Assembly (NCBI GenBank): GCA_963665815.1
Contig: OY762463.1
Span: 608,001 to 672,000 of the forward strand
Source: Candidatus Cloacimonadales bacterium
Lineage (GTDB): Bacteria > Cloacimonadota > Cloacimonadia > Cloacimonadales > JAIOQZ01
DNA length: 64,000 bases
Direction of reading: 5' to 3'
Shown in pieces: positions 51,488-61,343 of the stretch; positions within the stretch are counted from its first letter, which is position 1, and every line of letters starts with the position of its first letter. The translations under genes were made by a program, and so were the position numbers. The notes beneath the pieces were generated by a model. It had not been told where the DNA came from. It made no database searches and was given only the letters and a program-made list of their open reading frames with translations.

Positions 51488-51879
51488 TTAAACCTCCAAA
51501 TATTGTTTCGTGAGATGCCAACATTCTCACTTGAAATTAGTTGTCAAGTCACTGTCTAAAAAAGTCAAGTTCTTTGTATTTAAAAATGTGCTTATTTTGC
51601 TTTGATAGCATAATAATCTGAAATAGCGTTCGCATTATCCGTGTATAGTTTTGACATAGAAATTATGTAGTGAGAAATAGTAGTCTGGTGCAACTGAAAT
51701 TGTTTTAAGATATGTTATTGTGGTTGCAAACCAGGTAAGATAGAACCACGAAATACACAAAAAGACACGAAAGTATTGTTCTTCCAAGCCCCGGGATTAA
51801 CTCTTTTGGAATGGTCAGAGACATTCTATAAAGGTGTAGCACAAAAGTTCCTGACATACCGTGTGAAAGGAGTCGAAAC

Positions 51880-52050
51880 ATGCGTAAATATAAGTATTTA
51901 CATGCCTTGAAGAAATTCGGGACTATTTCATTAAGAAATGATGTTTCAACATCACATTTAGTAAAGCTGAATCAATTCTTCCATTGGAGTGAAGTTTTTA
52001 CTCAATGTTTCATGGCAATGAGCCTACCCCATATTTTGTACCAAGTCTAA
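51880..52050 (+). pseudogene. 56-aa ORF, possible transposase N-terminal remnant (IS5-like)
   Basis: AAGGAG RBS; MRKYKYLHALKKFGTISLRNDVSTSHLVKLNQFFHWSEVFTQ... with an 'LVKLNQ...W' segment reminiscent of IS5-group N-termini. Confidence 0.35.
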
Positions 52051-52134
52051 GTTTAGTAAGTTTGAGTTATTCTGATTGATTTTGTTTCAACAAGATTTTT
52101 TATAGTAATTTCTATATTATACCAAACACTGTTA

Positions 52135-52644
52135 CTATTCCAGTGGAATCCATTCTCCTTTATTTACATCGTAACGATAACGTATCCGTGATTTCCAATC
52201 GACTGCATAGTATTTCTTCATGAAGTAAGTTACTTCAGATTCATCATTAATTTCTCTATCAATAAAACATGCCATCCATCCAGAAGGCAATAAAGTATAT
52301 GTATCCCAAACATCTTGGAACACAAATGTATCAAATTTCATTTTTTTTAGATCATTTAGAGTCGTCCCAATAGAAACACCTTCTGGACTAATGAAGGAAC
52401 TATCTGAAACGTGAATGATGCGAACAGTATCTGAAAATATCAAAAATTTGAACTCAATTCCATCAACTTTTGAGTGATACCATCTAGAACCATTTAAGTA
52501 ATGATCGTCATGGTAGTACATGAATAACCTGCAGTCTATTTTGTCTCCGATATTCAAACTATCCATATTAGGCACAAATTTGAGAAATGTGCAAGAAAAA
52601 CAAACTAATGCTGATGCAATCAAAATAAACTTTCTCATTTTCAT
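52135..52644 (-). CDS. Hypothetical lipoprotein
   Basis: Lipobox CFSC; AAGGAG RBS. Confidence 0.7.
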   Translation of the reverse strand: MKMRKFILIASALVCFSCTFLKFVPNMDSLNIGDKIDCRLFMYYHDDHYLNGSRWYHSKVDGIEFKFLIFSDTVRIIHVSDSSFISPEGVSIGTTLNDLKKMKFDTFVFQDVWDTYTLLPSGWMACFIDREINDESEVTYFMKKYYAVDWKSRIRYRYDVNKGEWIPLE

Positions 52645-52726
52645 TTTATAAATACTCCTTTCTTAAAGCAAAGTGAGATATCTCACTTCATCTCGTGCGT
52701 AAATCTAAGAAGAGGGACGTATGAGT

Positions 52727-52864
52727 TTATAATTCCTGGACTAATGGCAATATCTGCTCTCGGGCGTTTATCAAGAATTCATCTACAGACATCTCTTTGT
52801 AGAACAACAGTCCATGACAAGCACGCAATCTCGGTATTTCACTCTGATAAAAATAGTATTCCCC
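52727..52864 (-). pseudogene. Displaced duplicate of the 3' end of the NagB/PIG-L gene
   Basis: 52758-52864 matches 54462-54568 (13 mismatches in 107 bp); encodes YFYQSEIPRLRACHGLLFYKEMSVDEFLINARE identically, then a different tail QILPLVQEL*. Confidence 0.92.
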
Positions 52865-52962
52865 TTATACAATTCAGCCTCCTTACTCCATAATATGGCA
52901 AAATTGAGCTCATTAGTGGCAAAAGGTCAAGAAAATTGTTCACTTGATTATAATCCTCCTAT

Positions 52963-53201
52963 ACATTTTTCAACATCATACCTTGTACAGCTAAAGCAGT
53001 ACTCCTGAATATAGTCCCCTTCGCAATGGACCTGTCCTTGCGAATGGTGGTCTTGATAGGCTCTAAGGGCTATTTTTTGGAGTGCATTGACTGTGTCAAT
53101 GCAAAGACGGAACAATGATTATTGTTCCCTACACACGTAACTTCCTGCGAAGAACGTAAAACATATTTCAACCTCATATCATGTACAGCTAAAGTAGTAC
53201 T
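52963..53201. repeat. 41-bp direct repeats enclosing REP-like half-sites and a hairpin
   Basis: 52963-53003 vs 53161-53201 (36/41); CCTTCGCAATGG...CTTGCGAATGGT at 53018-53048; TGCATTGAC/GTCAATGCA at 53083-53103. Confidence 0.75.
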
Positions 53202-53259
53202 TCCATGGGGTTGACGTTTTAATGTCACATCATCAACTAATAAGCCAATTGGAGTAGGC

Positions 53260-54348
53260 TTATATTTTCTTTGGGATCACTGTCAGTGAATCCCATGGAA
53301 AACTTTTAACTATTTGCTTGGTCTCCGGATCTAGTATTGCTAAATGATATATGTCTTGGGGAGATACTAAACCTATCATAAGATCGGATTCCGGTAAAAA
53401 CTGAACATTTTCAATTCCGATTCTTCCCCAAAGAGTATCAAATGGTTTTCCATCTATTGTACCGGTGAAATCCAAGATAGTGCCTTCCTCAAATTTCATT
53501 TTGTATAAACCGGATTTGTTGCTTGAAATTACATAATTTTTATGTTTTGGGATTTTAATATCATTATTAACATTAAAATCACTATTTGTTGAAATGTTTC
53601 CAATGTATTTCATACTTAGTTTTTCAAGTCTATTATCGTCCAGATAGAACTTATAGTAGCCATTTGCAAATGGCTTTCTGCTGAATTCCACATTGTATCT
53701 CTTATTGTTCTTCTTAATATAATTTTCATCTGAGACAATCTCACAGTAAAATAAATTATTGTTTTCATTGTATATCACATTCCCAAGACATCCAATCATC
53801 CATTTACTAAGCCTATGCATTTTCTTGTTCTCAATATCAAATTCATAAAAATCATTACTATAGTGTGTCCAGTGCTGTTTATTATATAGTTCATCAGTCA
53901 TTCGAGATCCGACAATGTAAAGCTTAGTATTTGTAGAGTTAACAAAATAGCGTTTGATCATCATAGAGCTGTCATTGTTTTTGAGTATAGTATCCTGAAC
54001 TGACCCATCAGTATTTGTTCGACATATATCATAACAAAATCTTTCGTCTGAGTAATGCATATAATACACTTGCTTACCATCGTCCGAGACTACAGGATAT
54101 ATATTATTTCCTTTGTCTATCAGAACATGAACATTTCCTGTTGATGTATCAAGTTTACAAATTTTCAGATCACCGTTCATATTCATTGAGAAGTATACAT
54201 TGTCATCTATTCCGACAGAGTATTTGTAAGGAAACATACCATACAGTGGACTTCTCACTCTTCCGGCGTTAAATATTTTATTGAATGTGTATCCACAGCC
54301 TGCTAAAGTCAATGTACTAAGGAATAAGAGAAAAAGTCTCTTTAGCAT
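53260..54348 (-). CDS. TolB-like beta-propeller lipoprotein
   Basis: Lipobox LAGC; 'YPVVSDDGKQVYY', 'ICRTNTDGS' WD40/PD40-like blades. Confidence 0.7.
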   Translation of the reverse strand: MLKRLFLLFLSTLTLAGCGYTFNKIFNAGRVRSPLYGMFPYKYSVGIDDNVYFSMNMNGDLKICKLDTSTGNVHVLIDKGNNIYPVVSDDGKQVYYMHYSDERFCYDICRTNTDGSVQDTILKNNDSSMMIKRYFVNSTNTKLYIVGSRMTDELYNKQHWTHYSNDFYEFDIENKKMHRLSKWMIGCLGNVIYNENNNLFYCEIVSDENYIKKNNKRYNVEFSRKPFANGYYKFYLDDNRLEKLSMKYIGNISTNSDFNVNNDIKIPKHKNYVISSNKSGLYKMKFEEGTILDFTGTIDGKPFDTLWGRIGIENVQFLPESDLMIGLVSPQDIYHLAILDPETKQIVKSFPWDSLTVIPKKI

Positions 54349-54427
54349 AATAACTCCTATTGATATTGAGAGAAGTTATTCCCTCTCATTGAAACATAAT
54401 TACAATTCTCGATAATGATCAACTTTA

Positions 54428-56755
54428 TCACAACTCCATTCCTTCCATTGAGCGTTGCAGTTCTCGTGCGTTTATCAGGAACTCATCCACAGACATCTCT
54501 TTGTAGAACAGCAGTCCATGGCAGGCACGCAGTCGCGGAATTTCACTCTGATAGAAATAGTGTTTCCCAAGCAGTAACTGGATTGTCTTTAGCTGATCCA
54601 CCCATATTTTCTGAGCAAGCTCGTTAAACTTTCCGTCATGACGATAACTCGGAAATGAAGCGTTTACCTGGCTGAGATAAGAGTTCGTGAATGCGGAATC
54701 CAGATTTGACATAGCATTGAGAGATACAGGCACTATCACATTTGCTTCTGCCGGATGGAACTGATACCACACATTACGGTATCCCCAGATTCTCAAACCT
54801 GTCAAATCCTTTTCCTTCTTCCAATACCTTACAGCTTCTGCTATCGTCTGCAAAACTTTGTAATGAGTATCAGGACCGGAGCCTTCCGGATCAAGTGCCA
54901 GACTGATTACCGTAGGGTCAATCTTTTTGAGCATATCGAGAACAGGTTTTACATCTCTCTCAAAGTTAGGTTGTTCCGTAAAAATATCTCCTGTGTAAAA
55001 GCCCAGTCGTAAATGCTGCACCTGTCTGGTTGGTATACCATAATGTGCCCAGACCAACTCTTCTTCGTATTCCCTAACCATTCCTTTCAACTTCTGTATC
55101 TCAGGAACATCCTTTTCCCCATTGTAAATAGATTTCAATCCTGTTAGAATCTCATTTATCTGTGCAATAAGCTGTTCTTTGCTTTTTATCTGCCATATTT
55201 CTACAATACTGCGGACAAGTCTGTGTGACAACGCTCTGTTCAGTTCCTTAGGTTCACAGGAAGCAACGCGAATAAGGTAATGGTAAACATCCTTATCTCT
55301 TTTGTGTAGGTAGCCCGATTCAAAGAAATCAGCATACTTAAGCATCTGCACCTGTCCAATATCAATAAAATGCAATGTATCTTCCAAGGCTTTGATGATG
55401 AATTTGTTGGTAACGGCAGTAAATCCGGAAGTAAGCACAGCAAAATGAGCCGAGTTTGTCTCGTTACGCAAAGTCCGGTGAATATGCGGAAGCAGTCCGA
55501 GCATAATATCATCGTGGTGAGGTCCTGTGTGCAGAAATCTTTGATTGCTCTCCCCTGCCATGCCTTTGTGTATCTTCTTCTCAATCGTCTGCTGTACCTG
55601 TGGTACCGTTTCTTCATTAACCGACGGAATAAGTCTGCAGTATTCATCATGATTAAGGTCATCCATAGTAATATGATGTCCGTACTTATACAGTCTGCTG
55701 CATAAATCGATGATAGCTCGTTCAGTTTTCTCTCGGTTCCACTCTCCACCGGTATAATACTGCTTAATCATGTCATCTAAACGGCAGGCTGCTCCCTGAG
55801 TGATATAAAATCTGCTGTTCTTCAACCCTCTCAGCACTGAAGCGGGATAGATATTAGAAGGCGTGTTCTCCAGAGCATCTTTCACGACAGGTGCTTTTGC
55901 TTCTCCCGCTGCAATGATAATTGCTGTAACATCCTTATTATAGACAATAGTATCCAGCCCGATCGTGATAACAAGGTGGTCTCTGGCAACTTCGATTCCT
56001 CCCAGGTCACCTGCAGCAACAGCTTCTGTTTCAAAGTTGATTGAGGTTAACCTGGTTGTAGAGTAATGGTCAGATCCTCTGGTGTTAAATGCTATATGAC
56101 CGTCCGGTCCAATACCTCCAAGAAAGAATCCTATTCCTCCCTTAGCTCGGATTTTTGCTTCATACTCGCTGCACCAGTTATCAATGGCAAAGATTGACTG
56201 CTGTTGGATAACTTCGAAGGCATTCTTAGCTTCACGGTAACGCAGACTGAGATCAACTTTGCCTTCCGGGAATACTTCTGAATAGGTTATCCCTTCCGGT
56301 AAAGGAATCTCGTTGCAGTTAATCAGTTGTGCTTTAGCAGGATCAAGCCCCAGACCCTGAATATAAAATTTATTTACATAATAGTAAAAGCTGTTGTGCT
56401 GTTTTGAGTTGATTGGGTAAAATTCATCGATCTGTACAAAATGCAGATTATTAAAGCAGGGCTTGTTTTTGCCGTCTATGTCATATCTTTTAAGGATAGC
56501 CTGAATTTTATCAGTATCCCAGTTACTGATAATATGCTGTGTCCATTTAATGAAAAACTCAGGAGTCTTCCCTGTAGGCAGACTGATAACACCATTGGGA
56601 TTATTCTGTACCCACTCGATAAATCGCAAAGCTGTCAAAAAACCAAGTTGAGGAAAATTCTCGACAATTAAATATGGTATATCAGTTGTAATTGATTGTT
56701 GCTCTGAAATCTGAAGGAATGCCTGTTCTATTTTTGAGAAGTGATAGTCTTTCAT
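54428..56755 (-). CDS. nagB: Glucosamine-6-phosphate deaminase fused to a PIG-L-family deacetylase domain
   Basis: 'SLPTGKTP', 'QIDEFY', 'GGIGPDGHIAFN'; PIG-L 'GPHHDDI' and 'DPEGSGPDTH'. Confidence 0.85.
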   Translation of the reverse strand: MKDYHFSKIEQAFLQISEQQSITTDIPYLIVENFPQLGFLTALRFIEWVQNNPNGVISLPTGKTPEFFIKWTQHIISNWDTDKIQAILKRYDIDGKNKPCFNNLHFVQIDEFYPINSKQHNSFYYYVNKFYIQGLGLDPAKAQLINCNEIPLPEGITYSEVFPEGKVDLSLRYREAKNAFEVIQQQSIFAIDNWCSEYEAKIRAKGGIGFFLGGIGPDGHIAFNTRGSDHYSTTRLTSINFETEAVAAGDLGGIEVARDHLVITIGLDTIVYNKDVTAIIIAAGEAKAPVVKDALENTPSNIYPASVLRGLKNSRFYITQGAACRLDDMIKQYYTGGEWNREKTERAIIDLCSRLYKYGHHITMDDLNHDEYCRLIPSVNEETVPQVQQTIEKKIHKGMAGESNQRFLHTGPHHDDIMLGLLPHIHRTLRNETNSAHFAVLTSGFTAVTNKFIIKALEDTLHFIDIGQVQMLKYADFFESGYLHKRDKDVYHYLIRVASCEPKELNRALSHRLVRSIVEIWQIKSKEQLIAQINEILTGLKSIYNGEKDVPEIQKLKGMVREYEEELVWAHYGIPTRQVQHLRLGFYTGDIFTEQPNFERDVKPVLDMLKKIDPTVISLALDPEGSGPDTHYKVLQTIAEAVRYWKKEKDLTGLRIWGYRNVWYQFHPAEANVIVPVSLNAMSNLDSAFTNSYLSQVNASFPSYRHDGKFNELAQKIWVDQLKTIQLLLGKHYFYQSEIPRLRACHGLLFYKEMSVDEFLINARELQRSMEGMEL

Positions 56756-57020
56756 TATTGCTCCAACATTTTACTTTGTGATTGAGATTGCATAGATGAT
56801 TATCGTACTAAGAGTGTCAATAAAATAAAGGCGGTAGAGATTTTTTTTGAAAGAAGTATAGATTTTCGCACATTTCTGATTATGATGAGAATCAGTATTC
56901 ATCTATTTTCTTAAAAGATGATTCATAGACATTTCTTGTATGAATTTTACTCATTCTTTAATCCTAAAATACTTGGTTTACAAAGAGAAATCGTTACTTT
57001 CTATTAAAAAGGAGATTCCA

Positions 57021-57701
57021 ATGAAAAATTTGTTTTTTACAATTTTAGTATTCTTTTTGATGTTTTCTAATATGCAGGCAGAAGAAGTATGGAAAATTAC
57101 TTCTCTCGACTGGCAGCCTTATTCAGGAGGAGACTTAACTAATCAGGGAAATTCTATTCAGAAGCTGAGAGAGGAGTTGAAGAAAGAAAATATACGGCTT
57201 CTTGTCGAATTTTATCCATGGAAGCGAGCTCAGAATATTGCGATAAACAAGGATTATGTCGGTTACTTCCCAGCATGGCCTGAAGAAGTCTCTGATGGTT
57301 TTGAGGAATCAATTGCCATAGACTGGTCCGAGATTGCCTTAATGACAAAATCAGACTTTAATGTAGAATATACGAGTATTGATGAACTTTGCAGTAAATA
57401 CAAATTCGCCATAATAACCACATATGTTTATCCTAAAGAAATAAATGATGCTGTAAAAAAATATTCATCAAACGTTGTTGAAGCACAAGATGAAATGTCG
57501 TTACTGAAGATGCTGTCAAAAGATCGTTTTTCTATTGCAATAACTGACCCAAATGTAATGCTGTATCATGCTGGTAAAGCGGGAATTTCCGGTATAAAGG
57601 AATACAAAGTTCTTCAGAAAAAGAAACTAGTTTTAGCACTTAGAAGAGGTAAGAATACTGAGAAAAGAGCAAAGTTGTTAAGGAAATTATTTAGAAAATA
57701 G
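57021..57701 (+). CDS. Extracellular solute-binding protein (family 3-like)
   Basis: AAGGAG RBS before ATG 57021; signal peptide; 'LDWQPY', 'FYPWKRA'. Confidence 0.8.
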   Translation: MKNLFFTILVFFLMFSNMQAEEVWKITSLDWQPYSGGDLTNQGNSIQKLREELKKENIRLLVEFYPWKRAQNIAINKDYVGYFPAWPEEVSDGFEESIAIDWSEIALMTKSDFNVEYTSIDELCSKYKFAIITTYVYPKEINDAVKKYSSNVVEAQDEMSLLKMLSKDRFSIAITDPNVMLYHAGKAGISGIKEYKVLQKKKLVLALRRGKNTEKRAKLLRKLFRK

Positions 57702-58039
57702 ATTACTCTTGTTATCCAGATAATGTGAAGAAAGACTAATGATTATTCAGTTCTTCTTTTTTCAAGATTAGGATAAACTATTATACACAATATCCCTTCC
57801 CTTTGCATACTTACAAGAATTTCTTTTCCAAAATTGATTTAAAATATTGAACAACGGAGCAATGATTATTATTTCCGGCTTCAGTTTACGAAGTTGTAAT
57901 TCCGACAATTGTGACGGAACAGCATAAACATGTGTGTCTCGGTGCAATACATAGGCTGCAACCGGCAAAAATAGAGAAAAAAAATCCATTTACCTCTAAC
58001 GCAATGTCAATTTTTGAGTAAGTGACTGATAAATATAAA

Positions 58040-58060
58040 GGGAGCAAGATAGTTGCTCCC
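58040..58060 (-). terminator. Intrinsic terminator
   Basis: gggagcaa/ttgctccc stem downstream of the 58086 stop. Confidence 0.75.
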
Positions 58061-58085
58061 ATAGATAGAAACTAGTTATTTATCA

Positions 58086-59717
58086 TTACTTCAACAGCAT
58101 CAGTTTTTGATGCAATATCTTCTTCCCGGCTTTTAGAACAGCAAAGTATACTCCGGATGAAACAGACTTACCTTCATCTGATCTGCCTTTCCAGATTGCT
58201 GAGTATTCTCCCGGTGCATGGTTTTCATTGACCAGACTTCTTACTTTCTGGCCTTTGATGTTGTATATAGCCAATTCAGTTTTCCCTTCTTCCGCAATAC
58301 TGTAGCTCAGATTCGTTTCCGGATTAAACGGATTAGGATAAGCACCAATAAGTTCTGTACTGAACTTAACTACATTGTTTTCATTAGTTCCTGTCAGTTG
58401 ATCAAGAACAACATCAATTGTATCACATGTTCCGGGGTCAACTACATTACCCAAAGATGTAAATGGGGTACATCCATCTCGAGTAACAGTTACGTCATAG
58501 GTGCCCGGTCTCATATCCCGCAGAGTAATCTGATCATAATGATGAGGGAATGAGTAGTCCTGTGCTCCGGTTAAATTGATCTGCATATTGTCGTAAACAT
58601 TATCGAAAGTTGATATAGCAAGGTGGATTCGGCAGTTTCGCATAAGCTGGAAATCTACAACAGTTACAGAATCATCAGCTATGAATATGCTATCTGCAAC
58701 ATCCGCACAATGCAGGATATCTAAGACATGTACATCATAAAAACCTTCCTGAACCTGAACTAAGCAATAGTTTCCAAGAGAGTCTGTACTTGTCTGATAT
58801 AATAATCCCGATAGATTTACTGTACAGAATACTGGAATTCCTCTATCATCAACAATGTTACCGGTAATTATTCCACCACGTGATACAGGAATAGCAACAT
58901 CAGTAATTGAGCCGGTACTGACTATAACATTATCATAAAGCTCAATTCTATATCCATTTTGTGCAATTTCAAGTTCATAAACACCAGGGCTGATATTCTG
59001 AAAACTGAAAAATCCGGTTGAATCTGTAATGCATGATTCTCCCGTTTGAATTATGGTTACATTAAGATCAGTGTATGCACCTCCATCAGTATCTGTAATC
59101 ACTCCGGTAATCGATCCGGGCATTATGACACCAGCAGAATAAATGCTGGCACTATCAAAATAGAAATCAGCACCATAATCAGAAACTCCACGAACTCTGA
59201 TATATATACTCTGCCCTGAATACTGTGCCAGAGAAATAGTTTCAGTTATGAAAGCCGGTGGAAACATATCGTTGGGATCAGAATCAAAAGTAGAACCAAT
59301 CTGAGACCACAAGGTTGTCCAAGTTGAATTATCTGTGGAAACTTCTACATACCCGGCTTCTGCTGGTGCAGTTATCCAATAATTATGTCCCCACTCAAAA
59401 CTTAATTCCATTACATCACTTGCGGGAAGATTGATTACATCGGATGTAATGATAGCTTCAGTACCGCTTGCCCAGTTGAAAAAATCACAATAGACATGGT
59501 TTAGCCTTGCCATATGCTGCCAATTGCCAGTTCCCGATAATGTCCAGAAATTTGTATCGAAAGTTGAAAAATCATCTGACCAGGGAAAAGTATCAACGCT
59601 TCTGGTCTCCTCCATTGAAATGTTAAATTGTCTGCTGTCGCCCTGAGTTTCTGATGCATTAAGCATCAGAGAAAATGCAAATAGGACCACACAGACAAAA
59701 ATTACTTTTTGTCGCAT
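58086..59717 (-). CDS. Secreted protein: MAM/jelly-roll-like domain, three carboxypeptidase-regulatory-like repeats and T9SS-type CTD
   Basis: Signal peptide; 'GSITGVITD...TDSTGFF....PGVY' repeats; YPNPFNPET...SGVYF...QKLMLLK. Confidence 0.85.
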   Translation of the reverse strand: MRQKVIFVCVVLFAFSLMLNASETQGDSRQFNISMEETRSVDTFPWSDDFSTFDTNFWTLSGTGNWQHMARLNHVYCDFFNWASGTEAIITSDVINLPASDVMELSFEWGHNYWITAPAEAGYVEVSTDNSTWTTLWSQIGSTFDSDPNDMFPPAFITETISLAQYSGQSIYIRVRGVSDYGADFYFDSASIYSAGVIMPGSITGVITDTDGGAYTDLNVTIIQTGESCITDSTGFFSFQNISPGVYELEIAQNGYRIELYDNVIVSTGSITDVAIPVSRGGIITGNIVDDRGIPVFCTVNLSGLLYQTSTDSLGNYCLVQVQEGFYDVHVLDILHCADVADSIFIADDSVTVVDFQLMRNCRIHLAISTFDNVYDNMQINLTGAQDYSFPHHYDQITLRDMRPGTYDVTVTRDGCTPFTSLGNVVDPGTCDTIDVVLDQLTGTNENNVVKFSTELIGAYPNPFNPETNLSYSIAEEGKTELAIYNIKGQKVRSLVNENHAPGEYSAIWKGRSDEGKSVSSGVYFAVLKAGKKILHQKLMLLK

Positions 59718-59879
59718 AGTATAGCTCCTGTTTTTGTTTTTCCTCCCTCAGATAAACATGCAAATATATAAATGAATTTCAATCAGTGTCAACAGATTTA
59801 ATGAGATAATCAATATTTTTTGGTGTAGTGTATTTATTTAGCCTTGTTTATGAATATACTTACTGCAAAGTTTTGTATT

Positions 59880-61298
59880 TTACTCTGCAAGTCTCCAGCT
59901 TGAATTGATCTCTGTTCCCGGAAAATAGTGTTCAAGAATCCTGGTGTATTTCCAACCTCTTCTCGCAAGATTCAACGCTCCCACCTGACACATGCCTACT
60001 CCATGTCCCGATCCCTTTCCATTTACAAATACTATTCCTTTTCTTCTGTCTATCTCCACCATAAGCAAAGTCGATTTTGCTCCCGGAAAAAGACTTCTTA
60101 TCTTGTATTCACCTTCAATGTTCGTCACACCTTCAGAAGAAACAATACGTAATACTGAAATGCGTCCTGACTTCCCTCTTGTAAGCGGTTCAATTCGACT
60201 GATATCATGTAGGTTCAACTTCTGTTCAATAAATGACAGTTTTACTTCTTCCGACCATTTGAATGCTCTATGCTCCCAACTGAAAGAATCTTCATTTGGA
60301 GAACAGAATACCTTCCTGTTAGATTTTATCCATTTCTCAGCTTCAGCATTTGTTGATAAATCAGGCACACTACCATCCAGTACATCAGATTTACTTGTCA
60401 GATAATCCCGTTTCCCCCCATTCCAGATGAAATCAGAATCTTCTGTTCTTCCGCCACAGCAGCTTGCAAACACAGCATCTGCCACATAGACCGTTCGGCA
60501 TAATATCTCATGTTTTGTGTCATCAACAGCTTTATTAACAAATTCATTCCTTCTTGATAGTCCTCCGAACACTTGACAATGAGTAGTCGAACATAAATCA
60601 ATATATGGCTCTTCATGCTTGGATGCCAGAAGTTTAATCAAGGTCATTGATCTGCTCGCAACTGCTTGAGCTTTCAGTGCTTCCTCCGGTGAGTTAGAAC
60701 CGATCTCGTAAGCGACAACGCTTTTGAGGTATTCTTCTATCTCAATAATGTTAACAAGCTGAAGCTTGCCTTTGTTCGAGTATAATCTGAATTTTCCGGT
60801 ATACTTGTATTTATTTGCAGTAATAGTATCTACTGTAGTAATATTAATCGGAAGCTGCCCAAGAATATCCTTACTATCATCAGATATCTTTACAATATGA
60901 TGGTTTTCTCTGATCGGAGTAATTCCGCATATATCAATTTCATTCTCAAGAGCATAAGCAATAGCTTCGGATTTCGTTCTGAATATCAGAGAATCGTCAT
61001 TGTGGTGACATCTGATAGTAAAATCCTGCCAGGTAACAGGTTTTACATTTACAGTATTTCTAATTGTCCACACTTCTGTTGTATCCTGCTCAACTATTTC
61101 AATATTCATTCTTTCTGTAAAATTGCTTACGAATGGAGAATTATCTTCAAAAACAGATGCATTATCAGATAGCTCAAGAACCATCTCCTTGCTTTCAGCT
61201 ATAAGAACATTGATTATAAGCTTGTTATCTATAATTGCTGCCGCAAAAATTCCGACTGATAGTATATGCAGAAAGAGTATTGTAAAAATTGATTTCAT
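59880..61298 (-). CDS. SpoIID/LytB-domain protein (lytic transglycosylase-like)
   Basis: 'EEYLKSVVAYEI', 'EALKAQAVASR', 'CSTTHCQV', 'GSGHGVGMCQ.GA'. Confidence 0.92.
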   Translation of the reverse strand: MKSIFTILFLHILSVGIFAAAIIDNKLIINVLIAESKEMVLELSDNASVFEDNSPFVSNFTERMNIEIVEQDTTEVWTIRNTVNVKPVTWQDFTIRCHHNDDSLIFRTKSEAIAYALENEIDICGITPIRENHHIVKISDDSKDILGQLPINITTVDTITANKYKYTGKFRLYSNKGKLQLVNIIEIEEYLKSVVAYEIGSNSPEEALKAQAVASRSMTLIKLLASKHEEPYIDLCSTTHCQVFGGLSRRNEFVNKAVDDTKHEILCRTVYVADAVFASCCGGRTEDSDFIWNGGKRDYLTSKSDVLDGSVPDLSTNAEAEKWIKSNRKVFCSPNEDSFSWEHRAFKWSEEVKLSFIEQKLNLHDISRIEPLTRGKSGRISVLRIVSSEGVTNIEGEYKIRSLFPGAKSTLLMVEIDRRKGIVFVNGKGSGHGVGMCQVGALNLARRGWKYTRILEHYFPGTEINSSWRLAE

Positions 61299-61305
61299 AA
61301 TAATT

Positions 61306-61338
61306 AAAAAAGGCTGGTACTCAAATACCAGCCAAAAA
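61306..61338 (-). terminator. metG terminator
   Basis: ggctggta/taccagcc stem with A-tracts on both sides. Confidence 0.8.
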
Positions 61339-61343
61339 ATAAA

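Noticed and set aside
57768-57989. 73-aa minus-strand ORF
   Set aside because: No recognisable motif or supporting context; left uncalled
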